From Leptospiraceae bacterium (GTDB lineage Bacteria; Spirochaetota; Leptospiria; Leptospirales; Leptonemataceae), in the NCBI GenBank assembly GCA_020441005.1, contig JAGRNA010000010.1, positions 1-46,928 of the forward strand: a stretch of 46,928 nt of DNA, given 5' to 3'. Below, piece by piece: positions 1 to 9,595 of this stretch (its first letter is position 1; every line of letters begins with the position of its first letter). The notes beneath the pieces were generated by a model. It was not told the DNA's origin. It was given only the letters and a program-made list of their open reading frames with translations, and did not search any database. The translations under genes and the position numbers were made by a program.

Positions 1-291
1 GCAGCCGGTTTGCAGATGACGGCCACTAGCACTGCTGCCGCCGAAGCACTGGAGCCCAGCTTGGCCGGTCAGAACTGGTGTGTGACCGGATCCTTTGAAC
101 ACTATAAACCGCGTGATCTGGCCGCTCGGGAGATTGAGCGTCGCGGTGGCAAGGTTGTCAGTGCGGTCAGCTCCAAAACAACCCATTTATTGGCCGGCGA
201 GAAGGCCGGCAGCAAGCTGCAAAAGGCCGAGCAATTGGGTATTCAGATCGTGGATGAAATCGAATTCCGGCGCCTGATCGGGCAACAGTAG
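1..291 (+). CDS. ligA: NAD-dependent DNA ligase LigA, C-terminal fragment (BRCT domain); 5' end lies outside the window
   Basis: In-frame translation from nt 1 ends ...WCVTGSFEHYKPRDLAAREIERRGGKVVSAVSSKTTHLLAGEKAGSKLQKAEQLGIQIVDEIEF. This is the typical LigA C-terminal BRCT module (G-x-F...R..a...G..V..SVS.KT..lvaGe.aGSKl.KA..LGi.i). Confidence 0.8.
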   Translation, partial: AAGLQMTATSTAAAEALEPSLAGQNWCVTGSFEHYKPRDLAAREIERRGGKVVSAVSSKTTHLLAGEKAGSKLQKAEQLGIQIVDEIEFRRLIGQQ

Positions 292-422
292 ACGGCCCCG
301 CATAGTGTAGTACAGAAAAACGTACTACCGATTCGGTCCTGGAATCCAGGCTACCCGGAAATACAATTCTTGACAATAACGGTCTATTAACGACCGATGG
401 AACGCAGCCGGGGGACGAACGA

Positions 423-1346
423 ATGATGCAGCGTATATATAAAAAAGTGATTAGTTTGGCGCTTGGATTTTTTATTTTGGGCCTTGTAACCAGTCAGTGT
501 GCCTCAAAGAGTGACGACGATCAGACTTTGCTGCTCCTGCTTTTGCTCTACTATATCCAACGCAATCCCGCACCGGTGCAGAACTATGTCGACCGTTCCA
601 CAACGGCCCTGACTACCTGGAACATTGGATTACAAACGGGCGTCCGTTCCGGTGAACGCAGCACCGATACCAATTATCAGATGAATCCGCCCAACTGGAT
701 GACCGTCGCTAACGAAAGCTGTAGCGCCCGCGGAGTGCCGGCCAATTGGCAGGGCAGTAGCTGTAGTTTGACGGGCGGCACAATCGGTATTTGTATTACT
801 CGCTACTACACCGGCGGGAACGTCGGGCAGCTGGTCGATACAACCCTGGTCATGCTGGACAGCTATCAAACCAGCAGTGCCAGTGATGGGGACAAGCAGT
901 CTGTTTTTACGCATGAGGTCGGCCACTGCCTGGGACTGCGGCATGCCGAATCGGGCGGAGCCAATACCTGCTCCGGATCGTACGCGAATTGCATCATGTT
1001 TCCCTCGACAGCCGGTGCCGATACACCGCATACGGAGGAGCTGAGTGCAATTGATTATGCCTATGGCCCCATTCAGGATCCAGACGGCACGGCCCATGAT
1101 AACCGCTACAGCCAAACCGGGACAACTGCCATTCGGCACTGGAGCGCGCCTACCTTTACCATTTCCTCGGTGATCGGTTCGGCCATGCAATCGGCAGACA
1201 ACTATACCACAGTGCCGCCGGGACCGGAGTTGCAGGGCGAGATTGAAACCCGGGTCCACAGCTATCACGCGGACGGTCGCGAGTTTGTCAGCCGCTATGA
1301 CCAAAACGATCAATTGATGGAACGCTACGAAATCAGCGGCCATTGA
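423..1346 (+). CDS. Secreted zinc metalloprotease lipoprotein, metzincin-like (HEVGHCLGLRH motif)
   Basis: N-terminal signal peptide with lipobox (LGLVTSQC). HExxHxxGxxH zinc-binding motif at HEVGHCLGLRH. Possible Met-turn CIMFP downstream. Run of 7 Leu follows the signal peptide. Confidence 0.7.
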   Translation: MMQRIYKKVISLALGFFILGLVTSQCASKSDDDQTLLLLLLLYYIQRNPAPVQNYVDRSTTALTTWNIGLQTGVRSGERSTDTNYQMNPPNWMTVANESCSARGVPANWQGSSCSLTGGTIGICITRYYTGGNVGQLVDTTLVMLDSYQTSSASDGDKQSVFTHEVGHCLGLRHAESGGANTCSGSYANCIMFPSTAGADTPHTEELSAIDYAYGPIQDPDGTAHDNRYSQTGTTAIRHWSAPTFTISSVIGSAMQSADNYTTVPPGPELQGEIETRVHSYHADGREFVSRYDQNDQLMERYEISGH

Positions 1347-1463
1347 CCGCTCTGCCGGCCAGGGTTGGGTTTTCCTGCCCCTGCGCCAGGCCCGCTGGAT
1401 CCGATAGCATCCACCACGCTTGACAAAAGAGCCCATGCGCTTTACTTGCAGGCTGATGCCGTC

Positions 1464-2381
1464 ATGACGCTTACCCAACTCAAATACCTGGTAACTGTGG
1501 CCCGTTTGGGCAGCTTTGCCCGGGCCGCTCGTGATTGCCACGTCGCCCAGCCGACCCTGTCGCTCCAGATCCAGAAGCTCGAACAGGAATTGGGTACCCA
1601 GTTGCTCGACCGCAAGAAAAACCCGGTTGTGCCCACCTCTTTCGGTGATGAGGTGATTCAGCAAGCCCACACAGTATTGCTGGAAGCGGATCGGCTGCTG
1701 GAGCTGGTGCGCGAAAATGCAGATAGCCTGCAGGGCACATTGTCCATCGGGGTCATTCCCACAATTGCCTATTACCTGGTTCCAGCTTTGTTTACCCGTT
1801 TGCGGGAACACTATCCCGCTATGGATTTTCGGATCCATGAAATTCCGACTTCCCAGATTCTGAACCAGCTGGGCCGCGGCGAACTGGACCTGGGTGTGCT
1901 GGCCACGCCACTCAAGCAGTCGGACATTATTGAAATACCACTCTACTACGAGCCCTTTGTCGCTTATATGCCGCCCGCCTGGAGCGGGCGTCGGCGCAAT
2001 CTCACGGCCGCAGACTTCCAGGACCAGGAATTAATCCTGTTGGGTGAGGAACATTGTTTCCGCCATCAGGCTCTCAAGCTGTGCAACAGCCAGAGCGCTG
2101 GTCAGCTGGAATGCGGCAGTATCGAAACAATCAGGCGACTGGTTGACAGCGGTGTCGGCATGACCCTGATGCCCCTTTTGGCTGTGGATGCACAGTCTCC
2201 CCAGGTTGCCGGGTTCAAGGCCCCCCGGCCAGTCCGAGAGGTTAGCCTGGTGTATCAGCGCGGTTTTTACAAGACAAGGGCGCGCCAGGCGATTCAGTCG
2301 CAAATCCAGGATTTGATTCCCCGTTCGCTGCAAAAAAGGCAGGCCATGAAGGTGATCGGCATTGAGAGCAGCGCCTTGTAA
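1464..2381 (+). CDS. oxyR: LysR-family transcriptional regulator, OxyR-like (peroxide-responsive)
   Basis: HTH N-terminus MTLTQLKYLVTVARLGSFARAARDCHVAQPTLSLQIQKLEQELG is an OxyR/LysR signature. It lies immediately upstream of ahpC-ahpF. The 6-frame ORF 1365..2381 was trimmed to the ATG at 1464 that precedes the HTH. Confidence 0.75.
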   Translation: MTLTQLKYLVTVARLGSFARAARDCHVAQPTLSLQIQKLEQELGTQLLDRKKNPVVPTSFGDEVIQQAHTVLLEADRLLELVRENADSLQGTLSIGVIPTIAYYLVPALFTRLREHYPAMDFRIHEIPTSQILNQLGRGELDLGVLATPLKQSDIIEIPLYYEPFVAYMPPAWSGRRRNLTAADFQDQELILLGEEHCFRHQALKLCNSQSAGQLECGSIETIRRLVDSGVGMTLMPLLAVDAQSPQVAGFKAPRPVREVSLVYQRGFYKTRARQAIQSQIQDLIPRSLQKRQAMKVIGIESSAL

Positions 2382-2494
2382 TCAATCGCCCTTGCCGAAC
2401 AAATGCTACTGCCCGGCCAACCTGGCCTGGACCGTTGTGCCAGACCGGATATCCCTTTGCCGGGAGCGTCATTTATAAAAACTATAGGTGCATA

Positions 2495-2535
2495 GGCATA
2501 ATTTATTTTACAAATCTGCATTGGTGTGCTATATT
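2495..2535 (+). promoter_or_regulatory. Putative sigma70-like promoter of ahpC (ttacaa - 16/17 nt - tatatt) within the oxyR-ahpC intergenic region
   Basis: ttttacaaatctgcattggtgtgctatattcaagg lies 25-60 nt upstream of the ahpC RBS (aaggagcg). No experimental support. Confidence 0.3.
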
Positions 2536-2562
2536 CAAGGCAACAATGAAAGGAGCGACTTT

Positions 2563-3126
2563 ATGTCACTGATTAACAAACCAATACCTGAATTCTCAGT
2601 CCAGGCTTTCCATAATGGAGATTTCAAAACGATTTCGAGCGCGGACGTGAAAGGTAAATGGTCGGTATTTATGTTTTATCCGGCTGATTTTACCTTTGTT
2701 TGTCCAACTGAGCTGGGTGATGTTGCGGATCACTATGCGGAGCTGCAAAAATTGAACACAGAAGTATACTCTGTTTCTACAGATACCCACTTTACTCACA
2801 AAGCTTGGCACGATACCAGTGAAACAATTAAAAAAATCAAATTCCCGATGCTGGGCGATCCGACTGGAACCATTACCCGTGGCTTTGACGTGATGATCGA
2901 GGAGGAAGGACTGGCATTGCGCGGGACTTTCGTGGTCAATCCGGATGGGCTGATCAAAACTATTGAGATCCATGATAACGGCATTGGCCGTGACGCAAAG
3001 GAGCTCGTGCGCAAGGTGCAGGCAGCTCAGTATGTCGCCGATCATGACGGCGAAGTGTGTCCGGCAAAATGGAATCCGGGAGCAGATACCCTCAAGCCTG
3101 GTCTTGACCTCGTGGGTAAAATCTAG
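2563..3126 (+). CDS. ahpC: Alkyl hydroperoxide reductase subunit C (2-Cys peroxiredoxin)
   Basis: [53 protein letters not shown]...GEVCPAKW shows the peroxidatic FVCPTE and resolving VCP Cys motifs. RBS aggag lies 8 nt upstream of the ATG at 2563. The ORF track's 2488 start is an upstream in-frame extension. Confidence 0.9.
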   Translation: MSLINKPIPEFSVQAFHNGDFKTISSADVKGKWSVFMFYPADFTFVCPTELGDVADHYAELQKLNTEVYSVSTDTHFTHKAWHDTSETIKKIKFPMLGDPTGTITRGFDVMIEEEGLALRGTFVVNPDGLIKTIEIHDNGIGRDAKELVRKVQAAQYVADHDGEVCPAKWNPGADTLKPGLDLVGKI

Positions 3127-3144
3127 GGTTTCTTCGAAAACAGT

Positions 3145-3160
3145 CGCTGCTTCAGCAGCG
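3145..3160 (+). terminator. Weak hairpin after ahpC (CGCTGC-TTCA-GCAGCG) followed by T-rich tract; possible attenuator between ahpC and ahpF
   Basis: Perfect 6-bp stem with 4-nt loop, seen in sequence 19 nt after the ahpC stop. The downstream ttctatttat is only moderately U-rich. Confidence 0.3.
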
Positions 3161-3424
3161 GCTGCAAGCATTCTATTTATGGCGCGCCTGCAAAAACTCT
3201 TCATGGTCTTTTCCGGCGTGCGTATTTTGCGGCCATTTCGCCGCCCCGATTCCTTCCGCGACGTCCTGTCGCGGGCCCGCCACAGGCGGGACGGCACCTC
3301 CGCCATCCTGGCTTCGGTGCCTGTGCGAGCGTTCCTGCTTTTTGCAGGAGCACCATTTGTAGTAATCATTTATTAAATATCAAGGTGCATGTTTCAGCAG
3401 TTATTTAAGCTATAGGAGTAAATT

Positions 3425-4990
3425 ATGTTAGATGAGGCGACACTGAGTCAGTTGCAAGACTACTTTCAAAAAATCACGCGTCCGGTCCGCATACAAAGCG
3501 GTCCGGGCAGTCATGAGCGTAAAGCCGAGCTGGAGGGAATGCTGCATCAGTTGGCCGGCATAACACCCCAAATCCATTTCGCTGCCGGATCGGCAGCGGA
3601 GCTGGATGCAATCAGCTTCCAGGTGGCTCCAAAAAATACATCCAGCGGTGAAATTGTATTCAGCGGTATCCCCGGTGGACATGAGTTCAGCTCCCTGATA
3701 CTGGCTATATTGCAGTGTGGTGGTGTTGCACCAAAGCTGGATGCAGAAATCAGCGCATTGATCCAAAAGCGGATCAAAAACGAGCTGCGTTTTGAGACAA
3801 TTGTCTCGTTATCCTGCCATAACTGTCCCGATGTGGTTCAAACCCTGAATAGTTTTGCCTTACTGAATCCGCTGGTTCACAATCGAATGATTGACGGTGC
3901 CCTGTACCCGGATTTGATCGCCGAGCGGGGAATTCAGGGCGTGCCGGCAGTCTACCTGAATGGTGAACGCTTCGCAGATGGCAAACTGGATCCGGGTCAA
4001 ATTTTGGCTAAAATTCTGGAAGTTCTACCCGCAGATGATGGAGCCGAACCAGAAGCGGGCAGTGATGAATGTGACGTGCTGGTCATTGGGGGCGGCCCGG
4101 CCGGGGCAGCAGCTGCTGTGTATGCCGCCCGCAAGGGTTTTGATGTGGCTCTGGTTGCCGACCGGATTGGCGGGCAGGTCAAGGATACAATGGCAATTGA
4201 AAACCTGATTGCCCTGCACGAAACTACCGGTCCCGAGCTGGCAGAATCTCTGCGCGGTCTTCTGGAAAAAAACAATGTCCGCTTGCGAGAGCACTTGCAG
4301 GTCAGGACGATCGAGCCCGGTGCAATCCATACGGTTACCCTGAACACCGGGGCTGTGATCAAGGCTCGGGCAATTGCGATCGCCACTGGCGCGCGCTGGC
4401 GGGAGCTGGGAGTTCCCGGTGAGAAAGAGAATATTGGCCGCGGTGTGGCTTATTGTCCGCATTGTGACGGGCCCTTTTTCAAGGGCAAGCATGTGGCTGT
4501 GATCGGTGGTGGTAATTCCGGTGTGGAAGCAGCTCTCGATCTGGCCGGCATTGTCAAGCATGTGACTGTACTGGAGTTTCTGCCGGAGCTCAAGGCCGAT
4601 CAGGTTTTGCAAGACCGCCTGCACGAACGCGGTAATATTGATGTTATGACCAATGTTGCTACAGACGCAATCGAGACTGCCAATGGCGCGGTCAACCAGC
4701 TGCTCTACACGGACCGGGCCAGCGCGAAGCAGCAGCAGCTATCTATCGACGGTGTTTTTATCCAGATTGGTCTGGTGCCCAATAGCCAGTTTGTAAAAGA
4801 AGTTGTAGAGACCAACCGCTTTGGAGAAATCATTATCAATGACCGCTGCGCTACCAGTGTGCCTGGTATCTTTGCCTGTGGCGATGTTACGACTGTGCCC
4901 TACAAGCAGATTATTACTGCGATGGGCGAAGGCGCCAAAGCAGCCCTGTCTATCTTCGAATATCTGCTAAAGGAGGCTGTGCCGGCTTGA
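3425..4990 (+). CDS. ahpF: Alkyl hydroperoxide reductase subunit F (NADH-dependent peroxiredoxin reductase)
   Basis: 521 aa. N-terminal thioredoxin-like domain with CHNC, FAD site [14 protein letters not shown], redox-active CPHCDG and second NAD(P) GxGxxG site. RBS aggag upstream. Confidence 0.9.
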   Translation: MLDEATLSQLQDYFQKITRPVRIQSGPGSHERKAELEGMLHQLAGITPQIHFAAGSAAELDAISFQVAPKNTSSGEIVFSGIPGGHEFSSLILAILQCGGVAPKLDAEISALIQKRIKNELRFETIVSLSCHNCPDVVQTLNSFALLNPLVHNRMIDGALYPDLIAERGIQGVPAVYLNGERFADGKLDPGQILAKILEVLPADDGAEPEAGSDECDVLVIGGGPAGAAAAVYAARKGFDVALVADRIGGQVKDTMAIENLIALHETTGPELAESLRGLLEKNNVRLREHLQVRTIEPGAIHTVTLNTGAVIKARAIAIATGARWRELGVPGEKENIGRGVAYCPHCDGPFFKGKHVAVIGGGNSGVEAALDLAGIVKHVTVLEFLPELKADQVLQDRLHERGNIDVMTNVATDAIETANGAVNQLLYTDRASAKQQQLSIDGVFIQIGLVPNSQFVKEVVETNRFGEIIINDRCATSVPGIFACGDVTTVPYKQIITAMGEGAKAALSIFEYLLKEAVPA

Positions 4991-5000
4991 TCGAGCAAGC

Positions 5001-5405
5001 CTAGCGGCCGAAGATTCGATCCAGGAGATCTAAAAAGAAGGCAAAAATTTTCCAAAAAATACCACGGCGAGAATGCCGATTCAAAAGCAAATCAATCCGT
5101 TCCAGCTCGGCCGGGTTGAAATTCTTGCGAGCGGTGTTCTCTTCGGCTTCCATTAGAAGCAGATCATGTTTGGAATCAATATCAATTTGACGAGTATCAA
5201 GACTGTCCCAACCCAGCTGACGGGCCGCTTCCAGACGGCGAAAACCGCAGATCAGACGGTTATCCCCATCGATTAAAATGGGTTGCAACTGACCCACCCG
5301 ACGCAGCGAATCGATTAAAGGGCCCAGATCGCCCAGATCCTTGCGAATACGATTTGAAACCTTGATTTGATCCAGCTGGATGCGCATCCGTGATAACTGC
5401 CACAT
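5001..5405 (-). CDS. Small ParB-like nuclease (ParB/Srx-fold) domain protein
   Basis: 134 aa. DLGPLIDSLRRVGQLQPILIDGDNRLICGFRRLEAARQLGW resembles the ParB N-terminal box (xLIaGERRwrAA). It lacks an HTH or C-terminal dimerisation domain and lacks the canonical sulfiredoxin FGGCHR motif. Confidence 0.6.
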   Translation of the reverse strand: MWQLSRMRIQLDQIKVSNRIRKDLGDLGPLIDSLRRVGQLQPILIDGDNRLICGFRRLEAARQLGWDSLDTRQIDIDSKHDLLLMEAEENTARKNFNPAELERIDLLLNRHSRRGIFWKIFAFFLDLLDRIFGR

Positions 5406-5412
5406 GCGAATT

Positions 5413-5428
5413 TAATGTCAAGACATTA
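5413..5428. promoter_or_regulatory. Perfect palindrome TAATGTC-aa-GACATTA 8-25 nt upstream of the ParB-like start codon; candidate operator
   Basis: Seen in sequence. 7-bp arms, 2-nt centre, embedded in an AT-rich tract (aatttaatgtcaagacattataaatt). Confidence 0.3.
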
Positions 5429-5624
5429 TAAATTGGCTTTGGCTGGACGCACCCCAAGGTGAGCACAGCTTGCCGCGGCGCTGGGCGGTTCGGCAGCATT
5501 CGCGCATGGCATTCGACCTGAATGGCGCTGGAGGCAAAAGAATTGACATTTAATCCAGCGAGAGGGACCTTTACGCGGACATGCGCTTGGATTAGCGAAG
5601 TGCCTGTCCAGGCCCGGCCTTCCA

Positions 5625-6149
5625 GTGCTTAAGAAAATCCTTTATACACTCGTTTTCAGTATCCATTGCCTGCTGCTTTTTTTGCTGGGGTACTGGCTCA
5701 TGGAATGGATCGCGCCAGGCTGGTTGTTTACCAAAAACGAGCTTGATCAAAAGCAGCTGATCCGGCTGACGGTTTTTTTTCTGATTGTGGTCTGGATCTC
5801 CTTTCAAAGCGCCTCAAGCCTCATATATGGGGACCCGACCGGGAATTCGCGCTCTTTCCGTCGCCCGGCAGGCGCGTTCCGTCGACGCTCCAATCACCAG
5901 GCTGGCGCAGCATCCGCCTCTGCTGGCCCCCGATCTGCACCGATCCACTGGTTCCGGGGTCGATTGGGCTTTTTTAACAAGCGCCCGGCCAATCAAGCTG
6001 AAGGAGCGCAAGGGCGCCCGGGAGCGCGCCCCACGCGACATCAAAATCGCTCCCGACTGCGCCGCGCTCGAGCTGGCATGTCGCCCGGTCCAGACAGGCA
6101 AGGCAGACCGGGCCGGCAGTCAACTCGCAGGCCAATGCAACGACCCTGA
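5625..6149 (+). CDS. Hypothetical small membrane protein (2 predicted TM helices) with Arg/Pro/Gly-rich low-complexity tail; C-terminal extent doubtful
   Basis: N-terminal 70 aa are hydrophobic (LVFSIHCLLLFLLGYWLMEWIAPGWLF...LTVFFLIVVWISF). The remainder is encoded by a about 65% GC tract that is open in several frames, so the true stop is uncertain. Confidence 0.35.
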   Translation: MLKKILYTLVFSIHCLLLFLLGYWLMEWIAPGWLFTKNELDQKQLIRLTVFFLIVVWISFQSASSLIYGDPTGNSRSFRRPAGAFRRRSNHQAGAASASAGPRSAPIHWFRGRLGFFNKRPANQAEGAQGRPGARPTRHQNRSRLRRARAGMSPGPDRQGRPGRQSTRRPMQRP

Positions 6150-6161
6150 GCAATACACAGG

Positions 6162-6668
6162 ATGAAAGCGGTAGCAAACTGGACGGTCGCCCGGGAAGAA
6201 CAGTGGCCGGAACATTGGCAACGCATAGCGCCTTTCGATCCCGGTCCGGTGCCCGTGATCGACATTCTCCTGTTGTTGCAGGGCGATCCGGGGGTTGGCA
6301 AGACTACCTTGACCCGCTACATTGCCCGCTTTCTGGATATCGAGGACAACGTCAACAGCCCCAGCTTTAATTTACTAAACGAATACCGGTCAAAACATTG
6401 GCTTCTGTGGCACTACGACTTGTACCGCCTGACCAGCCCGGGTGAGCTGGAAATGCTGGACTTTCAGGATCGCTGGGAAGGACGATATCCGTTGCCTCTT
6501 GAAAAGCAATCCGTTTTGCAGGTGGTGGAATGGCCCGAACGCTATAGTCCTGATCTGATGTATTTTAGCAAGCTCGCCCATCAAAAACCCGTCTACAGCT
6601 TGCAACTGAGCCTGGACGCCGCTGCGCCCCTGAGTGAGAAACGTCAAGCCCGACTTTTAGAATTATAA
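6162..6668 (+). CDS. tsaE: tRNA threonylcarbamoyladenosine (t6A) biosynthesis ATPase TsaE (YjeE)
   Basis: Walker A GDPGVGKTTLTRYIARFL followed by SPSFNLLNEY matches the TsaE signature (GdLGaGKTt...SPTFtlvneY). Confidence 0.8.
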   Translation: MKAVANWTVAREEQWPEHWQRIAPFDPGPVPVIDILLLLQGDPGVGKTTLTRYIARFLDIEDNVNSPSFNLLNEYRSKHWLLWHYDLYRLTSPGELEMLDFQDRWEGRYPLPLEKQSVLQVVEWPERYSPDLMYFSKLAHQKPVYSLQLSLDAAAPLSEKRQARLLEL

Positions 6669-6674
6669 ATCAAA

Positions 6675-7397
6675 ATGAGTATCACACACGAGACAGTCCT
6701 GTTTCTGGACACATCCCAAAGCTGGCTTGATATTGTGCTGAGCCGGGGTTCCATGCATTGGCACAGACACCTCGGCGAGGCGCGGCGCGCCTTTCAGGAT
6801 TTGCATATCCTGATCAAGGAATTGCTCACAGAAGCTGACATACAAAAACCGGATGTGATTGGCGCTGCTCGGGGACCAGGTTCATTTACCGGGGTGCGGA
6901 TCGGAGTCAGCACAGCTCGTAATCTGGCTCAACTATGGCAGATACCGGTATTTGGAATCGACAGTCTCGCCCTGCCGGCCTGGCAGTATTGGCACCAGGC
7001 CAACAAGCAGCACCTGGACTGGCCGTCGGGCGGTGTATGGGTCGCAGTGGATGCGCGTCAAAACAAAGTCTATGCGCGACATTTTGCCACGCCGGAAAGC
7101 TTGCTCGCCCAAGCTGCCCAGCCCAAAATACTGGATGTGGAGCTGACCGCCCTGACAGAGATGCACATGCGATCTGGATTGTTATTATTGGAAGGCTCGC
7201 AACAGAAAGGAATCGCCCACTCGCCGCCCGGTATTGAGATTCAGGCCTGGCCGGCCCATTCAGCCGAGGCCCTGAACGCCTGCGCCCGCGAGCTGTCTCG
7301 CATTGCGCCGAGTGGCCATTGGTCACAACTCAGCCCGATCTATGTGCGCCCGGATCCGGCCAACGCCCACAATCCGGCTGGATTTCAGCATCAATAG
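6675..7397 (+). CDS. tsaB: t6A biosynthesis protein TsaB (YeaZ), inactive Kae1/TsaD paralogue
   Basis: GPGSFTGVRIGVSTARNLAQLWQIPVFGIDSLALPA is the TsaB glycoprotease-fold signature. It follows tsaE with a 6-nt gap. Confidence 0.8.
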   Translation: MSITHETVLFLDTSQSWLDIVLSRGSMHWHRHLGEARRAFQDLHILIKELLTEADIQKPDVIGAARGPGSFTGVRIGVSTARNLAQLWQIPVFGIDSLALPAWQYWHQANKQHLDWPSGGVWVAVDARQNKVYARHFATPESLLAQAAQPKILDVELTALTEMHMRSGLLLLEGSQQKGIAHSPPGIEIQAWPAHSAEALNACARELSRIAPSGHWSQLSPIYVRPDPANAHNPAGFQHQ

Positions 7398-7448
7398 TCA
7401 GCGCTCGTCAAAGCGGTCCAAAACAACTGGCAGTCAGTCAATGATGCT

Positions 7449-8498
7449 TTAGTCCAGTTGAAACAGCAACAGCCCCAGGCTCAACCAGAGCGGCACAGTA
7501 ATCAATCCCAGCAGATTGGAAATCAGCGAAAAGCGTGTGCAGAACTGCAAGCCGGTCTGGTAATCCGTCTGCGACGCGATATCTGCTGCTACTGTTGCTG
7601 CAAGCCGGGGTGCAGATAGCGGCCGGGTGTACAGACTGACAAGAAAAATAATCCCCAGACTGGCGGGCATCACCGCCTCAATCGCCAGGATCACTCGCAC
7701 CTCGCTTTTTAAGGGTATGAGCGCCAGAATCACGCCCCAGCACAATGGCAACAGCACCTGACGCAAACCCAGCAACAACACGGTATCGCGCTGAATCAAT
7801 CTGGTGATGGCCGGCGTTTGACTACGCAACGCATTCTGGCTGATCCCGCCGATCGAGATCAGCGCCATGGGAATTGCGGCTTGCGCCGTGCCAGACAACC
7901 ATGCCGGGAACTCCAGGGCCAGGCCGTCGCGCCAGCCGCTGATCACAAATAGCAGCCCGGCAATTACCGCGACCAGCGGGGCCGACAGAATTGCGCGCAG
8001 GACCGGCAAGCGGAATTCATTGTTAACCGATTGCGCCCAATGAGCTGTCAGGCGCCCCTTGCCGATGATCCAGAACCAGACATCGCAGGTAACAATAAAC
8101 ACAAATGCGAGTGGCAAGCTGGCCGCTCCGAGCAGGCTCTGCACCAGGGGGTAGACCGCAAAGCCATAGTTGTGCAGACTGCCGGCAACTTGAAAAATAC
8201 GGGGATAGGCGGGACGAAATACCCGGCAGACGACAATACTCGTCAGCGCCGCCATGACAATCATGACACTGGCGGCGACAGCCAGCAGGATGGTCAATGG
8301 CAATTGCTCCATCGTCAGATGACGCCAAATATTACTAAATATCAGCAATGGGAAGAGTGTCCGCACGACGAGCCACTGCAATATGAAATTAAAATGCGAT
8401 GCTTGCAACCAGCGCAGCCGGGCGAGCAGAAAACCAACGCCAATCCAGAGAAATACATCTCTCGCAAAAACAAGCAGCAGCTCTGTGAATAGCAGCAC
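7449..8498 (-). CDS. Polytopic membrane protein, putative AEC-family (auxin-efflux-carrier-like) transporter
   Basis: 349 aa with about 10 hydrophobic segments in two halves. GTG start overlaps the fliY stop by 1 nt (TAGTG), suggesting translational coupling. Family assignment is from topology only. Confidence 0.45.
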   Translation of the reverse strand: MLLFTELLLVFARDVFLWIGVGFLLARLRWLQASHFNFILQWLVVRTLFPLLIFSNIWRHLTMEQLPLTILLAVAASVMIVMAALTSIVVCRVFRPAYPRIFQVAGSLHNYGFAVYPLVQSLLGAASLPLAFVFIVTCDVWFWIIGKGRLTAHWAQSVNNEFRLPVLRAILSAPLVAVIAGLLFVISGWRDGLALEFPAWLSGTAQAAIPMALISIGGISQNALRSQTPAITRLIQRDTVLLLGLRQVLLPLCWGVILALIPLKSEVRVILAIEAVMPASLGIIFLVSLYTRPLSAPRLAATVAADIASQTDYQTGLQFCTRFSLISNLLGLITVPLWLSLGLLLFQLD

Positions 8499-9595
8499 TA
8501 GGAACGCATGCCGGCCGAGGGACTCAGTCGCTCGATGGGTTTGACAATATCCGTAACCCGCACGCCAAAGTTTTCATCAATGACCACCACCTCGCCCTTG
8601 GCGATCAGTTTCCCGTTGACCAGCATGTCGACCGGCTCGCCGGCCAGTTTTTCCAGCTCAATAATGGAACCCTCGCCGAGGGCCAGAATATCCTTGATGT
8701 ACATTTTGGTGCGGCCCAGTTCGACCGTCATCGTCATTTGCACATCCAGCAGTAAATTCATGTTCGGCTGCAGGGGACCCGAGCCATGGGTGGATAGACT
8801 CGGAAAATTCACATCCTTGACACCCGTTTGCCCGGGCAAGGGGCCGGTGGGCTGCTGGGGCATACTGCCTTCGCTCTCCATGCTGACCTGGGCGCCGCGG
8901 GATTTGTTCTGCAGTTCCTGGTAGACCCGGGCCGCCAGATCCAGCGGCAGGGCCACAATCATACGCGAGTCGACGCTACCCTCAATTTTAAAAGGGATTT
9001 GAATTTTCAGCCAGGCGTCCGGTGATCGCAATGGAAAAGGATTCGCACCGTTGCAAATATGCGTTTCCACCGGCATCGGAGTCAGGCTGACTCCTGTGCG
9101 GGCCGCCATCTGGGTGGCCATATTGTAACCCATGGGTCCGATCAATTCACGCGCTGTCGCGCTTTGCGCCTCATCCAGCTCGACTTCCGTATCGACTGTG
9201 TCTTCGTTGCCCATCGGAATGGCCGCAATCCGGATTACATCGGGCATGGGAATAAAAATCGCCTGCTGACCGCTCAAACTACCGCTGATGTTTTGCACAA
9301 AGGCCACCTGGCGCTGGTTCAACTCGCCTTGCAGTTGATTCAAGCTGACCGTTTCCGGATAGGGATCGCCCAGATGAACGTTCTTGCCGATCATCATGCC
9401 CACGCCTTCGGCAGAGCTCGAAAGAGCCTGGGTGATCATATCGCTGATGGTAGCTTGTTCGATCGGCGACATATCGGCGCCCAGTCCGGCCGAGCTGCCA
9501 ATGGACGCACTGGAACTGCCAGAGCTAATGCTGTCTGAATCCGCGCCCTGCAACAGCAGGTCTATCTCTTCCTGTGAAAGTGAACCGTCTACCAT
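8498..9595 (-). CDS. fliY: Flagellar motor switch protein FliY (CheC-like phosphatase domain fused to FliN/SpoA C-terminal domain)
   Basis: N-terminal SQEEIDLLLQG motif. C-terminal LLLDVQMTMTVELGRTKMYIKDILALGEGSIIELEKLAGEPVDMLVNGKLIAKGEVVVIDENFGVRVTDI is a textbook FliN/SpoA domain. Length 365 aa fits FliY rather than FliN. Confidence 0.8.
   Translation of the reverse strand: MVDGSLSQEEIDLLLQGADSDSISSGSSSASIGSSAGLGADMSPIEQATISDMITQALSSSAEGVGMMIGKNVHLGDPYPETVSLNQLQGELNQRQVAFVQNISGSLSGQQAIFIPMPDVIRIAAIPMGNEDTVDTEVELDEAQSATARELIGPMGYNMATQMAARTGVSLTPMPVETHICNGANPFPLRSPDAWLKIQIPFKIEGSVDSRMIVALPLDLAARVYQELQNKSRGAQVSMESEGSMPQQPTGPLPGQTGVKDVNFPSLSTHGSGPLQPNMNLLLDVQMTMTVELGRTKMYIKDILALGEGSIIELEKLAGEPVDMLVNGKLIAKGEVVVIDENFGVRVTDIVKPIERLSPSAGMRS

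Noticed and set aside
630-1838. 402-aa ORF on the minus strand antisense to the metalloprotease and oxyR genes
   Set aside because: It is entirely antisense to two genes with clear family signatures. It has Arg/Gly/Ala-rich composition typical of GC-driven spurious frames.
2596-3369. 257-aa and 137-aa ORFs antisense to or overlapping ahpC and the ahpC-ahpF spacer
   Set aside because: ahpC is unambiguous. The antisense products are low-complexity and cross an intergenic hairpin.
3997-4624. Several 80-200-aa ORFs inside or antisense to ahpF
   Set aside because: They lie within a well-supported 521-aa AhpF reading frame and have no motifs.
5785-6165. Alternative 126-aa frame and minus-strand 95/86-aa frames in the GC-rich tract upstream of tsaE
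   Set aside because: No start-site support, no motifs, and mutually exclusive with one another. Retained only as a region-level oddity.
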